The notes under the pieces: model-generated | Seen by the model: only the letters and a program-made list of their open reading frames with translations | Databases searched by the model: none | Told to the model about the DNA's origin: nothing | Program-made: the position numbers and the translations under genes | From: Treponema sp. | Lineage (GTDB): Bacteria > Spirochaetota > Spirochaetia > Treponematales > Treponemataceae | DNA: 64,000 nt | NCBI GenBank assembly: GCA_017619795.1 | Contig: JAFZRP010000110.1 | Coordinates: 42,365-106,364, forward strand | Direction of reading: 5' to 3' | Shown: positions 1 to 11,662 of the stretch, in pieces | Position numbering within the stretch: the stretch's first letter is position 1 | Layout: every line of letters starts with the position of its first letter

Positions 1-2067
1 CAGAGTTTCCTTTCTTTTAAGCAGACAAATGATTCTCTGCAAAACTCTGTATCTGAAACCTTGAATATAGTTTCTTCAAAGGCAGAACAGCAGATTCTGG
101 ATTTGAACGAAAGGCATTTTACAATGCTTCGGGCAATAGCCCATCTTCCATTTTATTCAAGTTCAACAGTTTCTCTTGAAGATAAGTGTGCTGAGCTTAC
201 AACCCTTACAACTCTTGATCCTTCTGTTTATGTAAATGTTGCGTTTTACGACAAAAACGGAATGACGATTTATGGCGACGGTACAAAGGTAAGCTTTGCT
301 GATATGGAATATGTACAGCGTTCTCTTAAGGGAGAAGAGGTTATTACCGACCCAATAATCTGGTCTGCTCAGGATATGGCTGGACGAGCAGAGGACGGAA
401 CTCACGTTGAAGATTTGGAAACAGATGTTCAGGTTCTGCTTTTCTATGCAATTCCAGTTTATAACGAAAACAATCAGATTGAGGGCTCTCTTGTTGCAAT
501 TATAAATGGTGGCTGTTTTACCGATATAGTTCGCAATATTGATATGGGTGATGGTCATCATCCTGCAATTGTTGCACGTACAATGGCAGAAATCTTCGGT
601 ATTGCAAAGAATGATAATGAAACCTACATCAACCTTATGGAGCTCTTTAAGAACGAAGAGTTTGAGCCGTATAAAAAAGAAATGCTTGCTGGAAAAGAAG
701 CCAGATTCAATATCAATTATCCGGGAACAAAAAAACAGACTATTGTTGAATATCTTCCTGTAAAAGGTACAACCTGGTCTATTATGGCTGCAGTTCCTTA
801 TGATTATTATTTTGGTGAGCTTAAGTATCTGATGAACTTTGCCATAATCAGTCTTGCTGTTTCAATTCTTCTGGCTACACTCGTTCTTATTCCTGTGATT
901 CGTGTAATTGTAAAACCGCTTAAGGTTGTAAGTAAATCTATTAACCAAATTGCTAGCGGAAATGCGGATCTTACACAGCGAATTGAGGTTACCACAAAGG
1001 ATGAGGTTGGTACTGTAGTTGAAGGCTTTAACAACTTCACAAACAAGCTTCAGGATATTCTTAGAAATATTAAAGCTTCTCAGGCTAATCTTGAGGTTGT
1101 TGGTTGTTCAATGGATTCAAGTACACAGGATACGAGTGCTTCTATTACAGAGATTATTGCAAATATTGAAAGTGTTCATAATCAGATTGTAAACCAGAGC
1201 GAGAGTGTTCAGCAGACAGCTGGTGCAGTTAATGAAATTGCATCAAATATTGCTTCTCTTGAGCGGCTTATTATGAATCAGGCAGAGGGTGTAGCAAGTG
1301 CTTCTGCTGCTGTTGCCCAGATGATGGGTAATATTGAATCTGTAAACCGTTCTGTAGATAAGATGGCTGTTTCTTTTGACAAGCTTCTGGATGATACAAA
1401 TACTGGTTCTTCTAAACAGGCTGACGTAAGCAAGAAGGTTGAACAGATTGTTACTCAGTCGCGAATGCTGCAGGAAGCAAACCAGGTTATTTCAAGTATT
1501 GCAAGTCGAACGAACCTTCTTGCCATGAATGCGGCTATTGAGGCGGCGCATGCGGGAGAAGCAGGAAAAGGCTTTAGCGTTGTTGCTGACGAAATCCGAA
1601 AGCTTTCTGAATCTTCTACTGCTCAATCAAAGACAATTGGTGAACAGCTTACAAGCATTAAAAACTCTATTGAAGAGGTTGTTGTTGCTTCCGAGGATTC
1701 TAACAGTGCATTTGTTTCTGTATCTGAGGCTATTAAGGAAACGGACGAGGTTGTTCGCCTTATTAAAGCTGCAATGGAAGAGCAGACAATTGGTTCTCAG
1801 CAGATTAACCAGGCTCTGCACGATATGAACAACAGTACTGCTGAAGTTCAGACTGCTGGACACGAAATGGCAGAAGGTAACAAGCATATTCTTTCTGAAG
1901 TTAGAAATCTTCAGGATAGTACTTTGCAGATGCGACAGAGTATGGAAGAAATGTCTATTGGTGCAGAACGTATTAATATTACAGGTGCCGGACTTAATGA
2001 GATTTCTTCCAAACTCAAGGAATCTATTAAACAGATTGGTGATGAAATCAGTATGTTTAAGGTATAG
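1..2067 (+). CDS. Methyl-accepting chemotaxis protein (Cache-type sensor, TM, HAMP, MCP signalling domain); 5' end lies before the window
   Basis: Signature [33 protein letters not shown]; HAMP motif DLTQRI..DEVG; reading frame is open from base 1 to 61. Confidence 0.93.
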   Translation, partial: QSFLSFKQTNDSLQNSVSETLNIVSSKAEQQILDLNERHFTMLRAIAHLPFYSSSTVSLEDKCAELTTLTTLDPSVYVNVAFYDKNGMTIYGDGTKVSFADMEYVQRSLKGEEVITDPIIWSAQDMAGRAEDGTHVEDLETDVQVLLFYAIPVYNENNQIEGSLVAIINGGCFTDIVRNIDMGDGHHPAIVARTMAEIFGIAKNDNETYINLMELFKNEEFEPYKKEMLAGKEARFNINYPGTKKQTIVEYLPVKGTTWSIMAAVPYDYYFGELKYLMNFAIISLAVSILLATLVLIPVIRVIVKPLKVVSKSINQIASGNADLTQRIEVTTKDEVGTVVEGFNNFTNKLQDILRNIKASQANLEVVGCSMDSSTQDTSASITEIIANIESVHNQIVNQSESVQQTAGAVNEIASNIASLERLIMNQAEGVASASAAVAQMMGNIESVNRSVDKMAVSFDKLLDDTNTGSSKQADVSKKVEQIVTQSRMLQEANQVISSIASRTNLLAMNAAIEAAHAGEAGKGFSVVADEIRKLSESSTAQSKTIGEQLTSIKNSIEEVVVASEDSNSAFVSVSEAIKETDEVVRLIKAAMEEQTIGSQQINQALHDMNNSTAEVQTAGHEMAEGNKHILSEVRNLQDSTLQMRQSMEEMSIGAERINITGAGLNEISSKLKESIKQIGDEISMFKV

Positions 2068-2068
2068 A

Positions 2069-3052
2069 TTAGAAGTTGCCTGTTACAGCTTCAGCCTTGG
2101 AGAACTTATAATCTCCATTTTCATCTTTATCTGTATCATAAACCTTCTTACACTTTGTAAAGGTAAATGTACCGCCATCAAGCTTAATAAAGTGCTTTGT
2201 ATCTGGATCATCTTTTGAACTATCTGTTTTAAGAGCAACCTTTGTAATGTTTTCAAAATTGAATGTACCAGAAGCGATTGTTATAGTTTCATCAGCCTTA
2301 ATTCCGTTCTTGGAATCTTTGAAATTAGCTGTGAAGGTCTTATCATTTTCTACAATAAACTCATTACAGTTAGCAGCTGAGCTGTCTGCACCACCATCGA
2401 AAGTGAAGGTACCACTTCCTTTAAGAACAATCTTGCTTGCTTTTACACCGTGTCCATATTCGCAGGAAACTGTTAAAGTTCCTGAACCACCGATTTCTAT
2501 AGCTTTATCGCAGTAAACAGCTGGTTCTGAAGAAGGATCTTTGGTAGCATCAGGAGCTTTTTCTGGTCCTGTAACAGTGATTGTATTTACAGATTCTTTT
2601 TCGGCTTTAATTTCTGTTTTTAATTCACCGTAAATTGCAGAGACACCAGTTTTATTTGTAAGTGTAGCATTGTTCAGAACAAGTACAGTATTTTTTGTTT
2701 TGTTAATAATCTGACCGTCAAAGGAACCGGTGATTGTGTATTCTGCTTTTTCAGCAGCTGGAGTTAATGTAATTGTTTTGTTTGTATTATCAACAGCAAT
2801 TGTGTCTTTGTTATCTTTGTTTGTTGTAATTGTACATTCACCAGCAGTAACAGTTATAACCTCGTCTTTATCCTCAGTTTCTGTTCCATTTTCAGGTTCA
2901 GTCTCAGTTCCAGATGGATTATCTGTGTTTACAGGATCAGAGCCGTCGCTTTCGTTGTTATTGGTGTTGCTGTTATGCTTGCAACCAGAAAAAAGCAAAG
3001 CAACTGCCAAAATAGTAACCAAAACAGAAGTTTTTCTCAAAAGTTTTTTCAT
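2069..3052 (-). CDS. Lipoprotein with Cthe_2159/DUF4353-like carbohydrate-binding beta-helix domain
   Basis: Lipobox LLFSGC; acidic linker; motifs YTITGSFDGQI, LVLNNATLTN, IEIGGSGTLTV, NGIKAD..ITIASGTF; GGAGG RBS before ATG 3052. Confidence 0.75.
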   Translation of the reverse strand: MKKLLRKTSVLVTILAVALLFSGCKHNSNTNNNESDGSDPVNTDNPSGTETEPENGTETEDKDEVITVTAGECTITTNKDNKDTIAVDNTNKTITLTPAAEKAEYTITGSFDGQIINKTKNTVLVLNNATLTNKTGVSAIYGELKTEIKAEKESVNTITVTGPEKAPDATKDPSSEPAVYCDKAIEIGGSGTLTVSCEYGHGVKASKIVLKGSGTFTFDGGADSSAANCNEFIVENDKTFTANFKDSKNGIKADETITIASGTFNFENITKVALKTDSSKDDPDTKHFIKLDGGTFTFTKCKKVYDTDKDENGDYKFSKAEAVTGNF

Positions 3053-3070
3053 GTGTTCCTCCAAAATAAT

Positions 3071-4777
3071 TTATTTAGCTTCTTCTGCGGCTTCAAGAAC
3101 ACCGTAGAAGGCTGGTTTACAGGTATAAGCTCCGCTGAACAACAATGGATGCTGTTTTGTTCCGTTGTTGTTGTAAATCCAGGAACGCTCGTCAATAATA
3201 CCCCAGAGAGTTACACCGCGGATTCCGTAATTTCCAGGAGTCTTTCTGTTGTTTAAGAACATTGTAAAGAACTCTTTGTATTTTGCCTTAAGTTTTTCTG
3301 AGTTGTAGCGCTGACCATCCTGTCCAATATCCATTTCGGTAATCTGAACATCTACACCCTTTGCGATGAACTTCTTAACAGAAGTTTCAAAGCTGTTTGG
3401 TCCTGTAACTGGAGTGTTCATTCCTACGTGAGTCTGCATACCTACAACATCAATTCTAGCGTCTGGTGCAGCACGGATTGCATCAACAATCTTACAGATT
3501 GCATCGCTCTTTGCAACAGAAGCACAACCATAATCATTATAAGCAAGAAGAACATCCTTTGGTGCATATTTATTTGCATATCTGAAGGCATTTACAATAT
3601 AAGAATCGTCATGATAGATTGCATACCAGTTTCCGTTTGTTCGGATCCAGAGCTTTTGTGTAGCGGAGTCAGAAGCGGCTTCGTTAACAACATCCCACGC
3701 AATTACAATATGTTCGCCGTTATTATTCTTAACTTCCCAATCCTTAACAAACTCAAGAACAGTTTTAATATACCATTCAAGGCGGGCATTCATTGTGGCA
3801 CGGTCTGCATAAGCTTCCTTTGAGTTACCAAAGTTTTCTCTGAAGAACCAGTCCGGAGTCTGATTATGCCATACGAGAGTGTGACCGCGCATCTTTATTC
3901 CAAGATATCTTGCAATTTTGAGGATGCTTGCAACGTTTTCCATAGATGGAGTGTTTCCAGGAACCTTGTAAGTTTTTCCATCTTCGGCAACAAAGTCCTT
4001 AAGATTACCAGGCTTTTGCCATGCGAAAACAAAATCAGGTTTAAACTCATTTTCCATTGTGATACAGCTTGCCTGATGAACAAGACCTTCCTGAACCATA
4101 GAGTTATTAAGAACACCGCTCAATGGAGTTGCAAAACCGATGTAATCAAAGTAAGGCTTGTAAGCTTCTGCAAGACTTGGCTCGTCGGTCCAGCTTTTCT
4201 GAACAACCTTTTCTTTGCCGATATCATCACTGTAAAGGGTAAGGTTAAAGTTTTTTATAAAGATTTTGATATCGTCCTTGTTGATTCCTGCTGCCGAAAA
4301 GTAGAACTGTCGTTTGCCCGAAAAAGCAATTGTTTTATTTCCTGAATAATGAGTCCATTCACCAGAAGCAACCTTTTTCTGATCAAACTTAGGAAGTCCG
4401 GCATCAATTTCATTAACCATCCAGATAACATCAACTTCTTCGCCTGAAGCATTTACTACTTTCATGTCGCAGGAGAACTGAACCTCGGCTTCCATGTCCA
4501 TATAGTCAGAAAGGTCTACGGTAGCAAAGTTTCTTTCGTTAGATTTTGCACAATTAATTACAGTTACGTTATCATAGCCATCGATTTTTTTGCCGAATAA
4601 AACAGCACCGTCCTCAGAATCTACATTTGTATAAACAGCTTTTCCGCCGCCAATTGTAAGATAACTGTTCTTTCCACCAGCAGTTTTTGTTGTGCCAGAG
4701 GTAGATGCACAGCTAAGTGTTGTAAAGCATAAGAAGATAGAAAATAAAGTTAAAAAAATGATTTTGTTTGTTTTCAT
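3071..4777 (-). CDS. GH10 endo-1,4-beta-xylanase lipoprotein with N-terminal CBM-like domain
   Basis: GH10 motifs MENEFKP, RGHTLVWHNQTP, WDVVNE, YNDY, GMQTH, ITEMD; lipobox TLSC. Confidence 0.93.
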   Translation of the reverse strand: MKTNKIIFLTLFSIFLCFTTLSCASTSGTTKTAGGKNSYLTIGGGKAVYTNVDSEDGAVLFGKKIDGYDNVTVINCAKSNERNFATVDLSDYMDMEAEVQFSCDMKVVNASGEEVDVIWMVNEIDAGLPKFDQKKVASGEWTHYSGNKTIAFSGKRQFYFSAAGINKDDIKIFIKNFNLTLYSDDIGKEKVVQKSWTDEPSLAEAYKPYFDYIGFATPLSGVLNNSMVQEGLVHQASCITMENEFKPDFVFAWQKPGNLKDFVAEDGKTYKVPGNTPSMENVASILKIARYLGIKMRGHTLVWHNQTPDWFFRENFGNSKEAYADRATMNARLEWYIKTVLEFVKDWEVKNNNGEHIVIAWDVVNEAASDSATQKLWIRTNGNWYAIYHDDSYIVNAFRYANKYAPKDVLLAYNDYGCASVAKSDAICKIVDAIRAAPDARIDVVGMQTHVGMNTPVTGPNSFETSVKKFIAKGVDVQITEMDIGQDGQRYNSEKLKAKYKEFFTMFLNNRKTPGNYGIRGVTLWGIIDERSWIYNNNGTKQHPLLFSGAYTCKPAFYGVLEAAEEAK

Positions 4778-4816
4778 TTCCAAATCCTATAAGTTAGTTT
4801 TATGATTTATAATAAT

Positions 4817-4845
4817 ATAGTAAAACGTTTTACTAGTTTTTTCAA
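4817..4845 (-). promoter_or_regulatory. Sigma70 promoter (TTGAAA-N17-TACTAT) overlapped by LacI/CcpA-like operator TAGTAAAACGTTTTACTA
   Basis: Perfect 18-bp palindrome 4818-4835 with the central AAACGTTT typical of LacI-family sites; covers the -10 box upstream of the xylanase. Confidence 0.7.
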
Positions 4846-4859
4846 GCCTTAGAAATGTG

Positions 4860-6212
4860 CTAACGGGTAATGTCCTTAAGCCAACCTTTTTTAAAGTAGT
4901 GGATGATGACAACCGGCATTTTTTCAAACTCGTCTAGGTAAAGAATTACATATACCCAGATTGGTGGCAGCTTTAAGACAAAGGCGGAAATCAATCCTAA
5001 CGGAACAGAAACGGCCCACATACAGATTGTGTCCATAATAAAGCCAAACTTTGAATCGCCGCCTGCACGGAAAATGCCGCAGATTAATACTGTGTTGATT
5101 GCTGCTCCCACGGTTGAGAACGCATTTATGTAAATTAAAATGTTACGATAATGAGAAGCTCCTTCCGAAAGCTCTGCAAGGTATGGGAGGAGAGGATTAA
5201 GACAAATTAAAAGGATGCCACCTAAGACTCCTGCAAGAATTGTACTTTTTGCAAGACGGGAAGCATTTCTTTCTGCGAGTGCCATATTTCCGCTGCCAAT
5301 TGTTTTGCCGATTACAACAGCTCCACCGTATGCCATTCCAAAACAAAGAACACTGCAAAGCTGGCGGACAGTGGCAACAATAGAATTAGCTGCAACAATA
5401 TCCTCTCCCATTCTTCCAAGGATTACTGAATACATGGAAAAGGCGGCTCCCCAAACAAGTTCGTTTCCAAGTGCCGGCATAGAATATTTGAAAAAATCCT
5501 GGCCGAGAAGCTTATTAAAGCAGAAAAGGTTTCGTAGAGAAAAACGAACATCCTTCTGGAAATGTGCATAAATAATACAGAAAACAAGCTCAATAATTCG
5601 CGCGATTGTTGTTGCAAGTCCTACACCCGCAATACCAAGCTTTGGCAGTCCAAGCAAACCAAAAATAAATACAGCGTTTAAAAGGATATTTAAGAGCAGG
5701 GCAGAAGTAGTGATTATTGTTACAATCTTAACTCGTTCTATACTCTTAAAGCCAGCCTGGAAAATCTGGGAAAGTGAGAACAGAAAATAAGAAACACAAA
5801 CGGCCCTAAGATAAATGGAGCCTGTTTCTATAAGCGCCGGCTCGTTTGTAAAAATCTTCATAAGGAGAGATGGAACTGCTGCCGCCAGAATAGAAAAAAC
5901 AAGACCTGCTGCTCCCGAGATTCGGAGTGCTATTCCGTGCAGAACTCTGATTGATTCAACATCCTTTTTGCCCCAGTACTGCGCCGCAAGCATAACAAGC
6001 CCGGAAGAAAGTCCGGTGGAAATCATTATCAGAATGAACTGAATGTTAAAGGCAAGAGAAGAAGCCGCAATTGCAGTCTGACCGACATAGCTGAGCATAA
6101 TAACATCGGCAGAGCTTACGGCGGCAGCAATGAGATTTTGAATTGCAATTGGTCCTACAACGTGGAACAGCGATTTATAAAAGTCTTTGGCTTCCTGATT
6201 CATTTTGCTCAC
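4860..6212 (-). CDS. MATE family efflux transporter
   Basis: About 12 hydrophobic helices; PIAIQNLI..ADVIM, AQYWGKKD, LGIAGVGLATTIAR motifs. Confidence 0.92.
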   Translation of the reverse strand: MSKMNQEAKDFYKSLFHVVGPIAIQNLIAAAVSSADVIMLSYVGQTAIAASSLAFNIQFILIMISTGLSSGLVMLAAQYWGKKDVESIRVLHGIALRISGAAGLVFSILAAAVPSLLMKIFTNEPALIETGSIYLRAVCVSYFLFSLSQIFQAGFKSIERVKIVTIITTSALLLNILLNAVFIFGLLGLPKLGIAGVGLATTIARIIELVFCIIYAHFQKDVRFSLRNLFCFNKLLGQDFFKYSMPALGNELVWGAAFSMYSVILGRMGEDIVAANSIVATVRQLCSVLCFGMAYGGAVVIGKTIGSGNMALAERNASRLAKSTILAGVLGGILLICLNPLLPYLAELSEGASHYRNILIYINAFSTVGAAINTVLICGIFRAGGDSKFGFIMDTICMWAVSVPLGLISAFVLKLPPIWVYVILYLDEFEKMPVVIIHYFKKGWLKDITR

Positions 6213-6226
6213 ATTTTAGAGGGCTA

Positions 6227-9200
6227 TTAGGCTTTGAAAATAACCTTTATTTCTTTTATTTCACCCGTACGTGCAAAGATTTCTGCTGCAAGCTCGTTTC
6301 CAATTGTATGATTTTGAATAACAACAGGTTTTGCATCATCAGCTTTGTTTCTGGTGATGATTATTTGCGGCTGCTCGTTAGCGGAGAAATTATAGGTTAC
6401 AGGGATTCCACACCAGGTAAAATGCAGACTGCCATCTTTGCCTATTTCTTCCTTTTGCAGGAGAACTGGATCGAATGTTACAGTGCCATTTTCGATTGAT
6501 AATCCAAGCTCGTTCCAGCGGGTAAGAATCTCTTCTTTTACCTGGCCAGTCATACCAGGTTGCTGTGCGCCTTTAAGGTAAGGTGTGTGCGAATATGGAT
6601 CTGCAGGGAATGCACCATAAAGCTCTGGAGCTTTGTTAAAGCCAAGTCCACTTCGAACCTTGTAGTACAAATCCTTAAGCTCGGTGAAGAGCTTTGGTTT
6701 CTGTTCTTTATATGCCTTAAGTGCATTTTCCTGAACTGCAAGCAGAAGCTTTGAAACCATGTGCCAGTAAATGCTGCCAAGTCCTTCGTATGCGAAGAAG
6801 GTTCCTGAGCGGCCGGTAAACGACTGGTGATTAAAGGTTTGTTCATAAAGCTCAAACAACAGTTTTTGTTCTTTTGCATTCGGACGGTTTTCCGGTTCCT
6901 GATTCTGGATAAAGGCTTTGATGAGTTCTAAGTTTCTGAATTCCGGATTAAAATGCCAGGTATTGCAGCTGTCCTTCTGGAGATAAAGAGAACCTGTTCG
7001 TTCAACAAGCTTTTCGAGTGCAGAAAGATTTTTGTTTCCTGACTTAACGCTGTTTTTCTCCCAGAATTTCGGAAGCTCTTTATTAGGATAAAGAATAAAC
7101 GAGTTCTGGTGTGGCTCATACAGCTTGCTTTTGTAAAGCTTGTTGATAATGTCGGCGGCTTCTTCTGTAGTAAGCAAACCTGAAGAAAGAACGGCAACTT
7201 GACCTTCGAGCATTTCATTCAGGTTTTCAACATACATTTTATCGCCATCAATTTTAAGTGTGTTGTAAGAGTGATAAAGTCCATCTGCACGTTTATTCAA
7301 GGCAATTGAAGCTTCAACAAGTTTCTTTATTGTAAGGAGACAAGAGATTATTTCTTTAGTAGGAATGTCTTTGTTATTATCAGCAGCTCCATAACCGTTT
7401 TTGTAAAGTTCTTTTCTCTCTTTTTCAAAAGCAAGTCCGAGCTTATCGGTAAAGGCTTTTCTTAAAACAGGATCAGTGCCAACTGCCTTAACAGCTTTAT
7501 CATTATCATACTCTGAATAAACTGCTTTTACTGCACGAAGGAACTTAAGCTCTGCGTTTGGCATTGTAACAGCTTTTACAGGAGATTTTTCAAAAATATC
7601 CAGAAGAGTGTTAATAAAGCGGCAGAGATAACAGAGAGTAACAACAGAAAGTCCGTAGCCGGCAAGGGCATTGTTTGCATCGTTCCATTCAGGGCGCTGA
7701 GTGTTAAGCCAGATTCCGCCACCTGGAACAAAGTTTGCAGCCTTTGTAAGAACAATCTGCATAACCTTTGCGGCAAACGTAAGCAGATAAGGCTGACCAT
7801 TTGTATCTAAAACAAGCTTCTGATCGGAGCCGTATTTCTTTGTGGCAGCAGCAAGCTTGTCACTAAGCTCGTAATCAAAAACAAGAGAATTGCGAGGTCT
7901 TTCAAGAATCTTTTTATAATCTAAAAGACGGTAAGGTACATTAGAGCTTGTGTAAACTCTTTCATTTATAGAAGATAAAAGCTTTTCGTAATTTGTTTTT
8001 GCATAGAACTCAAGCAGCTTGTCAAAATAAATAACCTGATGGTCGCCCCAATAACCAAACTGAGCCCAAGGGTTTGAAGGATCTGGAATTTCCCAGTCTA
8101 TACCGGCTCTGTTTATTTTATACGGATTAAAGCCGTCTACAGTCATTGCATTTAGGAACTTGGCACACATATTTTTAATGTAGTCAGGATAAGACCAAAC
8201 AAGTGCTTCCCAGTTCTGGAAAATGTCGCGCCAGTTTCCTTCGTAGTTCAAAATTGGTTTACCTTCTGCCGATTTGATTTTGATGGAGAAAATGTTCCAA
8301 GGTCGGCTTGGGTCTCCGTGACGACGCGAGAAGGTGAGTGGAATGTATTCAAGGAACAGGCGGAGATACTGAGGATTATTTGTTTTCTCTATAAGGGCTT
8401 TAAGCTCATTGTAAGGTACAGATACGGAAGCCTTTGCAGAAGCTTTTTTGGCAAGTAATTTTTCCAGCTGTTTTCCAAGCTCTTTGTTGCGCTGCTTTGC
8501 AAACAGAACAAAATCTGCAATATCAATTTTTCCATTATCAAGAATAATACCGCCGCGCATAATATTAAACATTACGTTCTGACGGTGATGGAGACAGGTA
8601 ATTTCGTCGGCAGTTGACTGGATTCCGTCGGCAGCGCTGAGGAAGTCTGTCATCTGTTTATCGCAGAGGGCAACGTTGTTTTTAAGATCCTGTACCGCAG
8701 CGGCTTTGTTTTTCAGGGTATTTATTAATTCTGCAACCTGTGTTGTAGAAAGAGAAGTGTCGAAAACCTGGTACCATTCTTCGGAAGAGTGGGCTTTTAA
8801 GTTTAAGTTTTTGCAAATAAAGCAGGAACCTCGTTCACCTTTTGAGCAGGAGTTTGTAACAAAATCCTTATATTTAGGAAGAGCAGAAGCAGCAGCGTTA
8901 GAAAACTGTAAAGGGGCATTTGGTGCAAGAATAACTTTATCTTTAGTAGAAAACCAGCAGGTGTTTGCGTAAAGTCCTTCGTTTGGTTCTGCCTTATCGC
9001 TTACAACGGAAGAAAGTCCGACTACAACAAGTCCGGTGTTTTCTTCCAAATCTGTTTTTTTGTAAGCATTAAGAAGGTTACTGTTTGAGTTCTGGAGGGC
9101 AGAATCGCAGCACGCCGGAAGAATATTCTGGCAGCCGTCGAGAATAGAGCATTCAATATCATTATCAGAAAGATTTTCTATGTGGCTAATACGTACAAGA

Positions 9201-9649
9201 CCATATTTTTCGCTGGAGGTCCAGCCGGTTATAAACTTAAGGTTAAGCTTAGTATTGATTTCTTCAAAAAGAACTTCAGTGCCGTTATAGCTTTTGTAAA
9301 TATTTCTTATAAGATATTTGCTGGCTTCTGCCTGAACAGAAGGAGAGGCTTTTAAGGCAGTAAAAGGCTCCCAGCATTCGGAAGAACCAGTTTGTTTTAC
9401 TGCAATACCGGTATAGTTTCCTGTGTAAGTAGAAGCATCGCTTACTTTATCTGAGGTGTAATACGGAAAGACAGAGTGATTAGAATCTATTCTTCCGGCA
9501 GTAATTCCTCCTTTTGACCAGCAGAAGTTCCAGATATCTGAGGAACTGGTGATGGTCATAAAGAAGTCATCCATACAGTCATAATTTTCAATCTTGTAAT
9601 ACTTTTTTCCATTAAGTTCGCAGAAGGAACCGTTTACTTTTTTTTCCAT
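6227..9649 (-). CDS. GH149-like beta-1,3-glucan phosphorylase
   Basis: 1140 aa; FFMTITSSSDIW..GGITAGR, TFSRRHGDPSRPWN, YEGNWRDIFQNWEAL, RPEWNDANNALAGYG, YEGLGSIYWHMVSKL, PGMTGQVKE as remembered for GH149/GH161 phosphorylases; N-terminus fits GH149 better. Confidence 0.78.
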   Translation of the reverse strand: MEKKVNGSFCELNGKKYYKIENYDCMDDFFMTITSSSDIWNFCWSKGGITAGRIDSNHSVFPYYTSDKVSDASTYTGNYTGIAVKQTGSSECWEPFTALKASPSVQAEASKYLIRNIYKSYNGTEVLFEEINTKLNLKFITGWTSSEKYGLVRISHIENLSDNDIECSILDGCQNILPACCDSALQNSNSNLLNAYKKTDLEENTGLVVVGLSSVVSDKAEPNEGLYANTCWFSTKDKVILAPNAPLQFSNAAASALPKYKDFVTNSCSKGERGSCFICKNLNLKAHSSEEWYQVFDTSLSTTQVAELINTLKNKAAAVQDLKNNVALCDKQMTDFLSAADGIQSTADEITCLHHRQNVMFNIMRGGIILDNGKIDIADFVLFAKQRNKELGKQLEKLLAKKASAKASVSVPYNELKALIEKTNNPQYLRLFLEYIPLTFSRRHGDPSRPWNIFSIKIKSAEGKPILNYEGNWRDIFQNWEALVWSYPDYIKNMCAKFLNAMTVDGFNPYKINRAGIDWEIPDPSNPWAQFGYWGDHQVIYFDKLLEFYAKTNYEKLLSSINERVYTSSNVPYRLLDYKKILERPRNSLVFDYELSDKLAAATKKYGSDQKLVLDTNGQPYLLTFAAKVMQIVLTKAANFVPGGGIWLNTQRPEWNDANNALAGYGLSVVTLCYLCRFINTLLDIFEKSPVKAVTMPNAELKFLRAVKAVYSEYDNDKAVKAVGTDPVLRKAFTDKLGLAFEKERKELYKNGYGAADNNKDIPTKEIISCLLTIKKLVEASIALNKRADGLYHSYNTLKIDGDKMYVENLNEMLEGQVAVLSSGLLTTEEAADIINKLYKSKLYEPHQNSFILYPNKELPKFWEKNSVKSGNKNLSALEKLVERTGSLYLQKDSCNTWHFNPEFRNLELIKAFIQNQEPENRPNAKEQKLLFELYEQTFNHQSFTGRSGTFFAYEGLGSIYWHMVSKLLLAVQENALKAYKEQKPKLFTELKDLYYKVRSGLGFNKAPELYGAFPADPYSHTPYLKGAQQPGMTGQVKEEILTRWNELGLSIENGTVTFDPVLLQKEEIGKDGSLHFTWCGIPVTYNFSANEQPQIIITRNKADDAKPVVIQNHTIGNELAAEIFARTGEIKEIKVIFKA

Positions 9650-9652
9650 AAA

Positions 9653-11530
9653 TTAATCCAATTTAAATGTATTTATAATGGCTGTCAGGTTGTTAAGGGC
9701 TTGCTGCATATCGTCTGTGCCGGTAGAGGTTTCGCTTACAATTCCAGAGATTGAGTCGGCGTTGGTGTTGATGTCGCTCATGCTTTCATCAATTTCTGTA
9801 GTAATAGCTGTAAGCTTAGCCATTTCTTCTTCAATCTGTTCACCGTAAGAAAGGATTTCTGTAGAGCTTTCGCGTACAAGATTTGAAGAGTCGGTGATTG
9901 AGTGCATACCTGCAAGAACCTGCTGGTTACCGGCAGTCTGTTCAAGCATAGCATTAGCAATAACCTCTTCCTGTTTCTTTACAGCGATAGTCATGTTATA
10001 GATTTCTGAGAATACCTCTTCAACATCCTTAATGTCTGTAGAAATCTGCTGGATAGATTCTGAAAGGGAAGTGAGGTTTTCATCGATTGTTTTACTGTTT
10101 GTTGCTGTCTGGATAGAAAGCTTACGAATTTCGTCTGCAACTACAGCAAAGCCTTTTCCTGCTTCGCCGGCGTGAGCAGACTCAATTGCGGCATTCATAG
10201 CAAGAAGGTTAGTACGAGAAGAAAGATTCTGAATTACGCTACTTGCCTGTAAAATACCCTCAGATTTAGTACGGATAATTTCTGTACCATTAACTGCTGC
10301 TGTAACAACCTTCTGGCCTCTGTCTGAAACTTCGGAAAGGTGTTCAACGTTCTTTGCGTTTTTAGCAAGAATATCTTTTACACTGTTGATGTTTGCAATC
10401 AATTCTTCAACAGCGGCAGAAGACTGTGTAATTCCAGAAGACTGGTCTTCGATTGCAGCATTAAGCTTTTTAAGGTTGTTGATAATGCTGTTTACAGAGC
10501 TGTTAGATTCGTTTACACCGTCAGACTGAAGTTCTACCTGATTGTTTACGTTCTGAATGGAAGAAGCAATTTTATTAACATTATCATTTGTAATCTGCAT
10601 ACTTGCATGCATTTTTGTAGACTGTGAAAGAGATAATTTTGTAGCAGCTTCGATGCTCTTAAGAATCTTGGCAATTTCATTTTTCATATAGTTGATATTC
10701 TGAGTAATAACGCCAAGCTCACTTCTGTTTGTAGGAAGAGAATCTTTTACAGTGTAATCCTTTGCAGAAAGAGAATCGGAAATGCGGTTGATGTCTTTAA
10801 GACAAGTTCTGATATCGCTGAGGAGCAGAGCTTCAATTGCCGCAAAATCTGCTACCGAATATAAAAGAATAAAGATTGTGTGATTAATAAGATACTGATG
10901 ACCTTTTTCAATGTTCGTTGGAATATAAATGAAAACAAAGATGAAAATGAAAGCAGCAGAAAGTACAAAGAGCAAAGTAAGAAGGTTTCTCTTTGTAAGA
11001 GACATTGTAATTTCTTTTGTACTGAATGGTACGCTGGAAACAGCTGTTTCAAACATTCGTATGTAGATTACGTAGAAAACTAAACCAAAAGAACATTCAC
11101 TTGCATAACCGTGAAGGATTGTGATAATGAGTGTGTTGTACCCCTGGAAGTTCTGGAGCGGCTGCCCTGCCATATTAGGGATAAGAGTTGCATTCAGACC
11201 CATAAAAAGAGCATTTATAATAGGTGCAGCAATGTTGAACAAGGCTATGAACTTTGCCTTTTTATTAAAGTATCCTGCAGTGATAATGCCATCCTGGAAC
11301 TTATCGAAAAGCTTTATCATCCAGAGGCTCATAAGGGAACATTCAATAATAGAAATAGCCAGAATCAGTAACGTTAGCGGATGCTTAACAAACATAACTG
11401 TTTCTGCATCTGTAAAGATGCCAAATAATTCAGCGCACAATATAAAAAGAACAAGAGGCAATACATAAACACCAGCTAGACCAAGGAATGTCCAGAAGGG
11501 AATTGTTTTTTTGTCTGTGGAAGAGTTCAT
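9653..11530 (-). CDS. Methyl-accepting chemotaxis protein with multi-TM N-terminus
   Basis: [33 protein letters not shown]; about 6 hydrophobic segments and no large periplasmic loop. Confidence 0.9.
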   Translation of the reverse strand: MNSSTDKKTIPFWTFLGLAGVYVLPLVLFILCAELFGIFTDAETVMFVKHPLTLLILAISIIECSLMSLWMIKLFDKFQDGIITAGYFNKKAKFIALFNIAAPIINALFMGLNATLIPNMAGQPLQNFQGYNTLIITILHGYASECSFGLVFYVIYIRMFETAVSSVPFSTKEITMSLTKRNLLTLLFVLSAAFIFIFVFIYIPTNIEKGHQYLINHTIFILLYSVADFAAIEALLLSDIRTCLKDINRISDSLSAKDYTVKDSLPTNRSELGVITQNINYMKNEIAKILKSIEAATKLSLSQSTKMHASMQITNDNVNKIASSIQNVNNQVELQSDGVNESNSSVNSIINNLKKLNAAIEDQSSGITQSSAAVEELIANINSVKDILAKNAKNVEHLSEVSDRGQKVVTAAVNGTEIIRTKSEGILQASSVIQNLSSRTNLLAMNAAIESAHAGEAGKGFAVVADEIRKLSIQTATNSKTIDENLTSLSESIQQISTDIKDVEEVFSEIYNMTIAVKKQEEVIANAMLEQTAGNQQVLAGMHSITDSSNLVRESSTEILSYGEQIEEEMAKLTAITTEIDESMSDINTNADSISGIVSETSTGTDDMQQALNNLTAIINTFKLD

Positions 11531-11662
11531 ATCAATTACTCCATAAAAAATAAAGAATGTGTAAACCTTTTTGTAATTGATTCTTTTTGAATATTCTAAA
11601 ATTATACTATAAAAATAGAAAATCGTGAATAATAATATCTTTATTTTTTGTATTTTTCTATT

